NCBI GenBank assembly: GCA_002633005.1
Contig: NMRA01000081.1
Coordinates: 561,625-625,624 of the forward strand
Source: Phoronis australis
Lineage: Eukaryota; Animalia; Phoronida
DNA length: 64,000 nucleotides
Direction of reading: 5' to 3'
Positions 1 to 14,300 of the stretch are shown one piece after another. Position numbers and translations under genes: made by a program. Every line of letters begins with the position of its first letter. The stretch's first letter is position 1. The notes beneath the pieces were generated by a model. That model was not told the origin of the DNA. It was given only the letters and a program-made list of their open reading frames with translations, and did not search any database.

Positions 1-124
1 TTCAACACATCAGCATACAAGTTGTGTATGTCTTTTTTGAAATCGGACTTGAATCCCTCCAACTGCGGTAGTAGTGTGTCATAGTCGATCAATAGTTTCA
101 CTTCCACCATAAATGTCACCGACT
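1..124 (-). CDS. SVEP1-like exon 25 (partial): probable SEA-like domain start
   Basis: catttcag|..[41 protein letters not shown], open to the window edge. The Cys-free beta-strand followed by an amphipathic helix is typical of SEA N-termini. Confidence 0.78.
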
Positions 125-3100
125 CTGAAATGGAACGTCTACAGTGCTAAAAGTTAGCCATCCTGTATACAAGACCAGTGCAGAGAAACGTTGTGCGTGC
201 ACTACATCCTCATAACGTTGCAATAGAGGCAGGACTTTTTAGGCTACAACTTGATAGGATGCAACAGCTCAAGCTGGACAAAACCTTTCAGTAAAACGTG
301 ACCTATTTAGGACACAATATGGCGGACAAGTGAAATTTTAGTGACGTCTCATTGGGTAATACAAGATACCAAGCAACATATTTTATGCTTTTCCGCATTC
401 GGGTTCTACAGCTGAACCTGACAAATTATTTCAAAAAATTGTGAGTATTCACAACAATGTCAGATGCCCTTGAAAATGAAAAAGGCATTTTGGCAACTAC
501 TTTTGTCTGAAATTGGCGAGATTTTACCAAAGTTTTCTCAAGCAACAATAAAAATGTGTGATACAGCTGTGAAATTCATAGGACCTGGCTTTGAGATTCT
601 GAATGTCTCCTGGACTTACACCAATAGAAGCTGGCACCTTTAGAAACATACGGCAAAACAAACTTACTTCTGATATACTGATGTTTGCAGTATTCACCAT
701 AATATTCTATGGTACATCTGCAGTAGAACCCTCCGGTGACCGTAATGAGACAACTTCCTCCATGAAGGCACATCACCGTTGCACAGCTGTCAGTCACTGA
801 AAACACCGTATAAACCAATTTTGTACATTAAAAGTAACAACAAATAAAATCAGTTCAGTTAATAATTATAATAAAAATATAATCAGAAGTCCTGCTTGTT
901 TAAAATATATTTAATTAAATGCTAAGAGGACCTTGAATTTGATGAGTACAAGAAGAAATAAGAGAAAGCATTGGTTGCTACTGAATCAAAGATTTGCCCA
1001 ATTAAACAAAACCATGTAATGCAACTTAATTTAACAACAGAGAGCAATTAAAGCCAAGCTGTGTTCTGCCAACTCAAGAATCTCGCGACCAAACAAAACC
1101 ACGCAAATGAATGGTGAGAATATGCTCGAGCTTATTAATAGGCGCGATGTAACAAAACGGAAACTGCTGAAGAGGTAGGTTGGTGACGTTGGAATGTTAC
1201 GTGAGATGTAGTATTTACCATGTATAGACAAATCTAAACACTATCAAACAGGAGTACAAATTAAAGCAATTAGAATTTTCTTGCGGTTGGATGACATTAC
1301 GGGATTGTCATCAAAATAACTACTGCTCAACTCCCTTGTGAACACAAATCTTAGTCTTGACTTTCATTTCTGTCAGACGAAAAAGAAAACAAAGCAAATA
1401 AATTTGATCAAAAAATTATGGCTGATGATTTAGTTACTATTCTGGCACCAAATTGTTCCAGTGTTGGCTAATGGTTTCTATGACACATTCAAACAAAGAA
1501 AAACTGGTATAGCTAGACCTTACCTGAACCTGTGACAGGTGAGACTGTTGCCATCTCCGTACTAACAGCTGATGACATCACACTGGTCCGAGATGGAGTG
1601 TCGGTGACAATGGTCGACAGTTGACAGTGTCTACCTGTGTAATTAGCTGTACACATACACCTGTACATATTAGGGCCATCGAGGCTAACACACGTGGCAC
1701 CATTCAGACACTTGATGGGATCCACGTCACATGGAGACAAGACTTCGCAGTGTTTGCCCGCTTCATAATTGCCCTCTACCGGGGGACACTGGCAGTAGTA
1801 ACCCTGCCCGCTATCACTACTTGGCACACATGTACCCCCGTTGATGCAAGGCTCCATCTCACAGCCCGGGGTATAGCTAACTTCACAGAACTCTCCTCTC
1901 CATCCTGGCAAACACGTGCAACGAAAGCCGCCACCTCCAATCGAAATACAAGTTCCGTTGTTTTTACACGAGTCGTTTCTACAGTAATCAATCTGGATCT
2001 CGCAGTGAATACCCTGGTAACCATGAGGACAGATGCAATGCACCTGGCTCTCCTCATCTATACACTGGCCACCATTTACACAAGGGTCATATTTCAAACA
2101 GTGTCCATAGCAACTCTCGCACCGTTTGCCTGGGTTGTTACTGGGACAGGGGCACGAGCAGTGAAAGTCATTTGGAGAAGATGTACAAGTACCACCCCTC
2201 AAACAGGGATTGGAGTCGCAAAGGTTGATCATGGTATCACAAATGGTACCTGGAAACAAGAAATTAGCTATGCATTTAAAAAATACGGATAAAATTGATA
2301 AAACAATTAAGAACACTTCTCTAAAATTTATCGCAATTCTAAGTGATCCATTTTCTTTTAAGAAATACCGATTAACATTCTGAACATCAGTCAATTTTCA
2401 CAAATTTCATAGTTTTGAGATTTTTGATGCCGAGATTTCCACAGGTGTGTAAAATCACTGGCAAGAGAAGTGAGCTTCAGAAGCAACGCACTCCTTGAAA
2501 TACCCAAATTATGTCAGTCAATTGAATTTCATAAATTTTCATTTATCATCCCCTTGAAGAAAAAAATTGCTTGCGCCTGGGTTTTAAATTCAGATTTTTA
2601 GTCACTTGATGACAGCTGGGAAAAGTTTTTTGAATGTTTATTATGAACAAGTCAATACAATAAATATGCAGACCCAGAAAGAACCAAGAGGCATTATATC
2701 TGGGCTGAATAGCACAATACAAAGAAATCTATGAACACTTATACACACAAACATAAAGTTAATAAACTAATGTTTAGATTAAAATGGTGAATACAAAATA
2801 TTAATTTAAATAAACCACTTTCATACACAGTAAGTAGATTTTCAGTGAAGCTGATGATTCCAAAAAGAAGCAAATGCATACGATATTATCAACTCACACA
2901 AAGAAATTTAATATTAAAAAGAAATTTTGAAACTATTTCTAATAAAACCTGATTTTTGTTTAAGTCACACCCTTTACAGTCAACCAATTAGAAGGAAAAT
3001 AAAATTTGGTTAAACATTTGTGGAAGATTTGAATATTTTTTGTAAACATTGGGATATTGCTGGAAAAATTAACGCAACGTCTAACTTAAAAATGCCAAGG

Positions 3101-5358
3101 TGTAAAGTTTCAGCTCCCGAATGCAATTCTCTTGCCTGCAAATCTGACAAACAGCACTTTACAGGTATGCATCTAAAGCGCAGGACATTAAACCAGGCGA
3201 ATATGGTATATCAAGAAAATGAACTTTTTCGTTACCCACCAGTATAGCCAAGCAGACAGTCACAGGACACATCACCAAGTTCAGGGCCATCCCTACAGGT
3301 GGCGTTGTTCTGGCACGGTGTTGATAAGCACTCATCCACAGGACGCTGACAATCACTCCCCTCATATCCAGGGGTACAAGAGTCGCATGTGTAACTTCCC
3401 ACTAGGTCAGTACATTGATAATGACTGGTGCAATGGAACACATCAGGGAAGACACACTCATTGACATCTAGAAAGAGACAGTGTAAACAGGGGTGCGTTC
3501 TGTAGCCCTTTATACCGTTAAACCGTGCAGGTACTTAAAAATACAAACAAAATAAATGGCCAATAATATAACATTATTACACTGATTGAACTTCCTTTTG
3601 TGTGAAGCAGGGCAAGTACCACATTAGCAACAACTGCAACAGGAACTTTGTGAAGAACAGCAGACAATTAGTATGTGTATCAACGTACATAATGCAGGAG
3701 AGTTGACTGCCACGATCTGTCAACAATTAAGACCAGACTGACATCTGCTTTGAAAATCGCTTCCATGTGGAATATTCACTAAACCAGATCCATTTGAAAT
3801 GTGAATGTGGAATTTTCAGCTGTTCTTGCAGTGATACTGATGTAAGCAAAACAACAAAACTGCTGAACAAAGATACAACAAAAACAATGTGAACAGAGAT
3901 ACGAGAACAATATATAAAATTGTGATAAAACATTACATATACACAAAAAAGCAATATGCATTACAGCGTTCTGTCGTTCAGTAACTTTTCCAGATGTGAG
4001 GGGTGCTGAACGTGCGATAACATCTGGCTCTTTTGTTAACTGCCCAGCTCAGTCTTTTGTCCCGTATGATAATAAGCAGGCCAATTATCTCCCAGGCTTC
4101 AATGGAAACGTATGGTGTTTGCACGCTATTACCGAATGCGTATTAACATAGTCAAACCCAGTGCGTCCGTTTGGGCAGTATAGATTGTCTTAACTTCTAT
4201 TGTAGTTGGTCGATTTTGGTGATTCAAAAACGGAACATGATCAGCATTTGACGTGGAATTCAGAAATGCTATTGATTTAAGCTCAAATATGTTATAACTT
4301 AACTTTCATTTTTATCAGCCCAGTCAGTCTAGATACGATCTGATCGGAGATTAGAGCAATTATCGAACAAAAGAATGCAGGCCCTCCAACCATAAATGCC
4401 AGAATGGAGTTAATCAGTCCTGTAAGATATTGGCTACAGGGGTTAACTTCCCAACTTGTTGGGCTATAGAATCGAACAAGTTGGGAGCAACGGGATGTCG
4501 CTGTCATGGGCTGACAATATGGCCACCAACATGCCCCAAAAGTGTCTTTAGATCCACTGAATCAAATAATAGGCACTATCTTAAACATCTGCTACTTTTA
4601 TGCATAGTGAAACTGCACTTACATGGATTCTTTCATAGTTATTTTCTTGCGCTAAGATTTTTTAAAAACCTTTTGCTATATGACTTTGACGTGAGCATGC
4701 GTACCTTACCTCCACAATATGATATGTTTCTCACGTCAACCTGACCCTTCAGCTCTGACAGGAAGTCGGACCAAGCTATGACATCACCATCATTAGCACG
4801 ACATTTAGGACTGAAGTCCAAGTCTGAGGCTCCATAAACATTAACGCCGTGAATTTCACCAATGAATGACTCCCTCTCATTGAAACTCATGTCCAAGTGT
4901 TGGTAATGGCCTGTCAAAGGATTTGACAAAATGTGTTTTACCACCAACAAACAATTGAACACTTTCACAAATAACTATAGTCACAGACAGAGCAAAACAT
5001 AATTCTTTTCAATTTAAAATCTAAACTGCATGCATAAACCCATAGCATGGTCAGCAACACAGCAGATGTCTCGTCCACAGCTCAATACCTATTGTTTATG
5101 GTCAAAATCATACACAAGATGGAACTAAGACAGACATATTCGTCTTTGCAAACCCATAGCTACACAATCCTTTTAAGATCTTTCTGAAACTCACTAATTA
5201 CCAAGGGATGTCTTAGACGTACAGATTGATTTGACATATTCTGGTGACTGTTCTTCCATTGACTGATTCCTAACTACATTTGCCATTTGTTGTACAAGTT
5301 TTAATCTTTATTAATCATTTTGGTTACCATCGTTCATCATCAGTCGCTGCCATTGACG

Positions 5359-5394
<36 letters not shown>

Positions 5395-8300
5395 TCATCA
5401 TCATCATCAAAACCATCGTTAGCACAGCTTTCATCAGTGTCATTCTAATATCAGGGCAACCACATTTTTTCACACATTTTTCTAAAGAGTCAATCTCTAG
5501 AAAGCTTTCATTTCATTTGTTGATAATTGCAACTCAAGTGCAATGACATTCAAGTCACATGACCTACCAATAATCATGTTTCCCCCAGCCTGGATATAAG
5601 TGCCTGCGGCCAGGTTGAATCCCTCCTGAACAGTGGTACCATTAATGACAACCTGCCAGTGGCCGCCATTACTGTTCCAACTGACACACACATAGTGCCA
5701 CATTCCATCAGTCAGAGATATAGTTGTTGATGCCATCTCACCATTGACAAACAGCTGCAAGAGAGTTGAAGCAAGACAATACGATAACTAAGTGCAAGTG
5801 TTTATTTAGCAGCTGGTCATTACAAACATCTCCCATTTAGAAGGTAATGCAGGGGAATAGCAGGGTTTTCAAACACTGGTTGAATCAGGTCAATTGTTAA
5901 ACGTTAGTTTCAAGTCTTTTGTCGTCCAGCGTCACACACACAAATACACACAAATGGCACTTAATGGGATCAATGTTGCTCAGTGTCCTTATAACATTTT
6001 GCGGCATTTGTTCAGTGTATCCCATGGACAAACCTATTAAGGAAAACCTCAGCGGGATAGTTTACATCCATTATGAAGGTGATAGTTGTACCTAAGAGTA
6101 TATCAGGGGAACTCAACAACGCCTGCAGAAAAGGCTGTACCAATAACAGTGGAATACAGGGAAGGTGTGTTGTCGGCGGTGTATAGACACTTGCATGCAA
6201 ATGAGCATGAGTTTGGTAATGAAATTTTGAGTAGGCACAAGAACTGGTTTGAAAAAGGCGTCAAGGAGGCTATCTTCTTTAAGACTTTTAATCCTCTACT
6301 CAACAGACAAGGATGTGGCAGGTTGTTTGCTCTTTCCACCAATTGGAGCACTACTTTAGATCATATCTTACGAGAGCACACCGGTAAGCTCCCCCTGTCC
6401 AGCTATTTCATTCACTCAACCATTCCTCAAGAAGGCAGCCATAGTCCAGATGAACAGGATTAATTTTTTTTGATTATAATAGTATGCTTTGTTTATCTAA
6501 AACACCTTGGAGCACAGGATTCAAACACTGTGTTTACCAGAGAGAACGTTTCATCATTCAAGATTGCAGCAGTGTGTAAGTCAACTCTACCTTCAGCTGG
6601 TTGTAATCCGTCAGCGTCAACGTGTTGCCACTGTTATCTTCCAGTCCCAGCCAGTTACTGTCCACGTGGTAGGAGAATGGCGTCCCATAGTGCAGTCTGT
6701 CTGTGGTCCTTAACCACAGGCAGACAGTTACATGATATAGGTCCTGTCGTATTTTGGAAGCAGCGTAGTTCACCGAGGAGTCGTTTGAGAAGACCATGTC
6801 AAAGTCAGGACTAAGTTCTGAATGTAGAAACAGAAAGACACATGACATGCACAGTTGAATTTCAGAGAAAAACACTTAGACTGTATGGACAATCTGAGCA
6901 GAGTAAAATATACAGAAAATCAATGCTGTGATGATACGGATGATAAATAAACATAATTAAAAACATCCATCACATATTCATTGCTAGTAAGATTGAGCTG
7001 AAATAGCAAAAGTCATTTCTAATGTATTTAACCACCTAGTAAATGATGCTATGCAGGGGAAAACTTAGCACTTGATAGTGCAGTCTTCCACATAATGCCA
7101 TTGGCATTGTGTAGCTAAGTTCATGTCCTGGCCACACACTCTGATGTGGCGAATTCAATGCTATAATGAACAAGGCAGCCATAGGCAACGTATCCCCCCA
7201 CCAGATGTTGGGTAGTTGCTCACAGAAGCTACGCATCTGTACATAGATGCATAAAAACCAAAAACATGACAAAGTTCAAGGAAATACAGCCAAATCGCAA
7301 AAATCCTGATGATATGCATTATGGGACCTCATTATTAGTTTTTTGAAAGTCAGTTCATAAACTGGTGAAAAATGTACGAGTTGTGGAAAGAACATTACTG
7401 TGCATGGACAAATGGACAGGCAGACGGAATGACATCTACCATTATTATATCACCATTGTCCATGGTGGGAAATAAAAAACGCGACACATATCATAACAGC
7501 CAAGCCTGAATGGTCCCTCCAACTCCTGCCAACACTTGCGAGGTTGAAAGGTGGCCACGCCTATTTTAAACAGTACAAAATAGACAGCAGCTGGCTGTGT
7601 ATTACCTTGAAAACGACCGTGTACTAGTTGAAATGAGAATGTACGCGACTGTATTAACTGAGAGAAAGTTTGAGCTTCAAGACATATTTCACTAGGAGTC
7701 AGAACTACTTACGTTGATCACAGTGAGGGCCAGTGAAGCCCGCTGGACATATACAGCTATACTGGTCAAGGAGAGCTTGACAGGTTGCATTGTCACCACA
7801 TTCACTGTCAGCACAAGGATCAATTATGCTGTCACAATGTTTACCTGCAACAAACCATCATACAAGTTCAAGGTCAAATATCAGGTCACCAGAAAAACAG
7901 TTGGCAAAATTGCGTTTTTTCTATTTTGACAAAGTATTCTATTGTAATGCCCAGAAAATATTGTTAGTTGGTAACTATGGTGCAGAACCTGAAAGCACTA
8001 CTTTGGTGTTATGTATCTTTTATGAGAAAATGAAAAAATGAGTTTTACTTATCTGCCACAACGTATACTGAAATGGTAAGACTTTACTGCAGTATGGTAA
8101 AATTCAATTTACACTTTTGAGAAGCTTGAAGAACCAAAATCAAAACAACACCACAATTAGTGTACAAAATTGGCTTCAATATTTTACCATGGCATGATTT
8201 AATTTACATTGCCACAAGTTTATATCAAATACTATATACCAGTATAATAGATTACAAATGTTTTAAGTAACATACGAGAATAAAATAGCTTTGTCATAAA

Positions 8301-11300
8301 TATTTACACCTGCAGTTGGTACACGAAGTTACTAGTTAAATCTTTGACAAAAGTAAGTATTAAATAGTAGTTTAGCTTAAAATGTCACCTTATCCAACTA
8401 ACAAATAATCATATAAATGGCATTTCATTGAGTCTCTTTTGGACACTCAAATATCTGTGTTCACATTGATATTCACTCACCTGTGAATCCAGGTAGACAG
8501 GTACACTTGAAATCCACGAGACTACTCTCGCATGCAGCGTTATTCTGACAAGGCGCACTGACACAATAATCCAGCAAAAAGTCACAGTTATTTCCTAAAA
8601 AGACACAAAGTTTGAAAACTTAAAACTTCACAAGAGCAATGAAACAAATTAATGACTTGTGTTCCCATAAGAAGATAACTAGTACCGTAAACGTTCGGGT
8701 TAACGCCCATGCTCAGTTAACCGCCCACCCCCTACTTTAGGTGGATTTTCGATTTAACCGCCCACTGCTCAGTTAAGCGCCCCCCTGCGATTTTTGAAGA
8801 TTTCCAGTTAAGCGCCCACCTCTTGGTTAAGTGCCCATCCCGGACTTTTAAAGAATGAAGATTTAGCGCCCAGTGCTAAGGAAATGCGTGATTCCCCGAC
8901 TTTTAGAAAAAGGTCGATGATCACAATGAGCGCAACGACGCCGGGCCTCCCAGACGGTGGTTTAGCAATGTGAATTACAATACAAGTAACGACTAAGGGT
9001 CATGGACTCACTTCAAAATATACTTGAACGTTTTTGTCACTTTATTTTCTTCCCATGTTTGCAAAGTTTAAGAACGCCGCCGGCGTCAAAACCTCTGTTT
9101 TCAGCGACTTTGTCTGCCGCGCTGAGTTTCCGTCTGCAGTGCACTAGATAAATCATATATTCGAAAAAGTAAGGCCAGAGAAATGCGACAATGATTTTGC
9201 CAACCCTCCAAATTCTATTAAGGTGGGAAGCTCTCGTACTTTAAGCAAATCTCACAACTCACGGAAAGATGACAAATTCTCAATATTTTGATGAATGTAA
9301 CTGCCGGGATATAGAAGATGTGTGGCGACTGAAGGGACAGTACAAGTGCCTTAATGGGTTACCGATTTCGTTGCTGCCTATCGATTTCTGGATTCAAAGG
9401 TTGGCAATAATGTATGTTTGTGTATGATCTTGAGGTAATAAAAAACTGCTAGTCAAATTTTGTTTTTCGCTTATTGCATCTCAGTCAAACTGGCATTAGC
9501 AGATTTAACTGTTCTTTACTATTTCTTGCGTCAGCCCCCACGTATAAGCGTGGGTAGGAGATGCACACAGCTAGCTACGGGCATGGGCTTAGGGAGCATC
9601 GAGAGGGGAAATATCGGAATAGACTTGACATCGCAGTTTTGGGGAACATTGGCAACGGAGGAATATCGTAAAAAACTGGGTCTTTCATAACAACAGCTTA
9701 TAAGTACATAGTCACGCCCGTTTTTGTTACTTAGGGCTATTCTCTTTTGATGTGGGACTTTGTAGTCAGTTTGGTGCACGTGCACAAGTTCCCACACTTT
9801 GCAGTGCATGTTACCTTGACACCAACATGTGATTGACAGGTGACTAACTCGTAGGCCCTACGTGCGAGCTGATTCCCGCCGCTATCTTTGGCCATAAAAA
9901 ATGAGATGCATATTGAAAGAGGACGTTATATTACTTGACGGCATTTCCAAGTAACGACTGTCAGCCGACTGAGACATTGCTTGCTAACAGCGGGACCGAA
10001 CAGTGCCGCAGTGCGATAGGCCTATTGCAAGTGATATAAATAGGATAATCTGGACATCTTGCATGAAAAATAAATGTTTTTCCACCACGAAGTTTGGTAA
10101 GGCGATTGTTTAAGAATGAATTGAAACATCGCTGTTTTGTGGCGTTTTATCACATATTTATGTCGTGGCTCGAAATTTTATTCTTGATTGACGAGTGGCT
10201 CACGGCCGCTTAACCCCGATTCTTGTCTTAGGCCTAGTTCTTTGCCGAGCATGTTTGGCGCAACGGCAAGTGAGCAATGCCGGGCGGTCGAGATAAAACA
10301 GCTTGCCGCAGAACCATACGCTGAAAATGTCATTGAGTCACGGAGTGTCGACTATAAACATCCTAAACACAAAAAACATTTGAATTAAGTTTTTCAAACT
10401 TTTATTGCAACTAATTTTAAAACTGCTCTCAGACTATGAACTTGGCAGCTCAGTACGAGACCGTAACCATAAATTTGATGTCTGCTGTGACCTCTGCAAC
10501 ATGTGAAGCTTGCACGCACGCACTTTAACAAGGTCACATCTTGAAATAGTTGCAATCCAAGTAGAGGCTGCGTGGTCGCTGGTCTGCGCTCTAGAGGGCA
10601 AAGTAACAAGACCGCAGGACGCCACGGGCTATTACTCAGCAATTCTGTAAATTTAACAGTGAATAACTAATCTGAGGGCAAGAGAATCTTTGTTGGCATC
10701 ATCCGCTGTTATTACATTTTTCTCGTCATGTGACGACGCCACGATAACGCTCTTTGAAAAGTGCTACGCGTTCCCAAGTACTACTCGAGGTAAGATTAAC
10801 CGCCCAGGGCGGTTGCCTGTCGTAATAAGCGCCCATGTTCGGTTAACCGCCCACCCTGGATTTCTTGAAATTTCACGTTTAAGCGCCCATGTCTGGTTAT
10901 CCGCCCACCGATTTTTTGGGTTTGCCAATTTAACCGCCCAGGGCGTTAACCCGAACATTTACGGTAATAAAGTTTGTAGTTTTTGTACCTGATAGTGACC
11001 TTACATAGTGAGAGAGCTAACTTGAATTAAGTTCATACAAAAATATTAAAAATGTCATTATTCTGGAAATAGTCATTAAAGTATGCATATTATATTAATG
11101 TAAGATGGGAACATTTTTAATAACACTGTTTGTACATAATTATAACATGTTTGCTTCAAACTCAAACATGACCTTTAATTTCCAGAGCTGAAAATGGTCA
11201 ATTTTGAGATGTTCAAAATTCAAACTAGAAAGATTATAGTCAGAAAGTGACAATAATGACTCTGCACCAGTGAGACTTTTTGGAAAGTTTACAACCTTTG

Positions 11301-14300
11301 CAGTGGCTTGTGCACCATAGCAGAACTGTACAACAATATAAAAATGTGGAGCATGCTGATTACAGATGTTTAACAGCTGGCACATCAGAATAGAAATTGT
11401 ATGAAAGCAATACATGTAGAAGAAAATAAGATATCCTTTGTAGTATTTGACCCTTTCTGGTGCATTATGAGACCTTGCAGTGGAATCATGGTTAAGTCCT
11501 TGAAATGTGTGGTCAATGTTGAGAATCACTGTAGTCTAACGTGCTGAATGAAAAATTCAATTTTTCACAAGGCAAATGCACTTAATGACCCCATGGTTGC
11601 AATGAATGACTTGAAAGTTTGAAATAGGAACTCAATTTCATGCATCACTCACATAAAATTAGGCAAAATTTAAGTTTGCACCCAATGACCTTTGGCCTAT
11701 TTTATCTGCTTGGGTGGTATGATTGATTAGAAAAGTGTATTTGATTGGCATGTACGCTTAATCCCATGCAGCATGCTGAAATTGAAGAAAATTACTTGAA
11801 AAAATGTAGGATAAATAACATTTTGAAACTTTGATGACTTTTGCACTAATGGGACTCTTTCCAGTGCATTATAAACCTTTGTAGTAGAATTATTGGAAAG
11901 TCAATGAAAAGTGTGGTGACAGTCACGGTTGTCTAATTATTAACACATCAGAATACATGCTGTATGAAAAGATCAAAATTTCAGAAGAAAAATGCACCTA
12001 ATGACCCCATAGTTGCAAGAAATGACCTGGAACTTTGGAACTGGAACTCAATTACATGTAACAATCAGATAAAGTGAATCTGAAGTGTCTAGCTCAAATT
12101 CTTAGTTTGCACTCATTGACCTTTGACCTATTTAAGCTGATTGGATGACCCAATTGCTTAGAAAAGTAATGCACTTGATTGACATGTAGCCATAAATCTG
12201 TACACTGAAATTGAAAAGAATTCCTTGGAAGGCTCAAACGTAGCCTACTGCAATAGTTTCAAATTTGAAGTTGAGTCGGTTAAGAATTATTAAACCCTAG
12301 AAAAGGTCGGAAATGACAATAAGAAAACAAAATATATAAACCTTAGAATAAGAAAACTCTACGCAGGTACGCACAAAGTAAAAAAATACAAAAATTCTTA
12401 AATCACCAGTGGCACATCATATATTAAATGTTAATTCGGTGAATGCGGGAAACAATGTAACTAACATTCTCACTTTTACTACCAATGCTTCAAGCTGAAG
12501 GTAATTTTACCCGCACAAACACGAAAGGAAGATACATGACTCACCACAGCATCAGGTAAGTTTTTCATTACTTTGTTAATATCTCTGAAGTGTAGTTTAA
12601 AAATTACGAGTCATTCCTGATGTCACGCGACTTCCCGCACACCGATGGTCATTAGAAACAATCCTATGTCTACATTGGCACTTACCAGTATAGCCCGTTT
12701 GACAGATGCACGTGATTTCATTCAAACCATCAATGCATTCACCCTGAACACACGGATTAGATGCACAGTCATCAATATCAGTTTCACAGCGATCGCCTGT
12801 GTAGCCTTTCTGACAGAAACACTTGAATCCACCACGCCTGTCTTCACACGACCCCCCGTGAAGACAAGGATTTTCCAAACAATCGTTCATTTCTTGTTCA
12901 CACAATGTGCCTGGAAACAATTGAACATTAACCATCGAATACCACAGAAACTGTCCAGCTTGACTATTTAGTAAACGAACATTTAATAAATCACACTTTT
13001 GAGAGTTCAACGCATGAAAAAATTGTACGTACAAAATTCAATTTAGAGACATGTTCAGTAATTGTGCTTCAGTTACCTCTGTATTCTGGCAAAAATAAAT
13101 GGAAAACCTCACAATGTTGTGAATACATCCACTACAACAAGAAACTCTAGGAACACAGCATTTATCCACCTTCACTCTTATCAGGCTTCTATTGTGAGTC
13201 AGCATGCGTGAATAATTGGCTGATAAGCCACCTCTGGAAGTACTTTTGGCTGAATGGATGACCAGGCCATAAAATGATAATTAGCCAAGACCAGTTAACT
13301 AATGCAACAAAGAATAATGTCCCAGCATCACCTAGCCTTGGTGGAACGATGTATACTGTATTGGCTCTAATAAACACTTAGAAAAATTCATTCCACGGGG
13401 AGGGGACGCCTAAGGCAGTTGAAACCTGGTTTCCGAAACGGGTCTTGAATATCGGAAGCTAGGATTCATCAAATTTATGCTCTGTGACGTATTTGTAGCT
13501 TACGACAGTCTTTCTACAAAATTGTGGTGCATTGCTATCAAACTCCGTTGTTAAATTACGATCATTTTTCAAAAAATTGTACTGAAATCCCAGGGCGAGA
13601 ACTTGCCGACTGATACGTCGCTGAATCGCGATCGTCAATAGGAAAACTTGAATTCTTGAATGAAAATATAGTTTCGACTCAACGAATTACCTGAAATCTT
13701 CTTATGTTTTACAATTTTTAAAATTCATGTGGAGTGCAGATTAATTGCGATTAAGTCCAAATCTGCGCTACATCGTACCCCACAACACGAGAAAAATCTC
13801 TGGATGAACACACATGTTGTTGTCACGTGATGTTTGTTTTGAAGTTCGTCTGCGTATGAGAGTGAGTGCGTGTGCGGGTCATCGACGACAAACTTTTTTG
13901 TTACAAAAGGCGGAGGATTATGCAAGAAAATGGCTTTTACTAGATTGTTTTTCACTTAAACGGCTGCAATGTGCAAGGTGAGTGCCGGTTAACTCACAGA
14001 TTTTGTGTGCACAGGCCGACGGTCGTCAGCTCTACCGTGGAGTAGGCTAAAACATTAATAGTCCAAGGCTCGATCTACATGTTGGGGACGAGGTGAACTA
14101 CCCAGGCTGTGTGAAATTTCTGGGTCTAACGGAGACACTGACGCAGTGGTCAGCCAGCTCGCTGTATCAAGACTATAATAGTAAAAATCCAAATTCGTTT
14201 TATCGTTTCCCTGTCAATAATAACGGCATGCTAAAGTTTCTTAATGTTCGTACTTCAGGAACATAACAATCCCGTGTTTTGTACACATACGCGCACGCCG

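Noticed and set aside
1621-2292. 223-aa plus-strand ORF
   Set aside because: Antisense shadow of the EGF-rich exon 23.
5280-5546. Hydrophobic poly-V/poly-I 'membrane protein' ORF
   Set aside because: Translation of the (GTC)n(ATC)n microsatellite.
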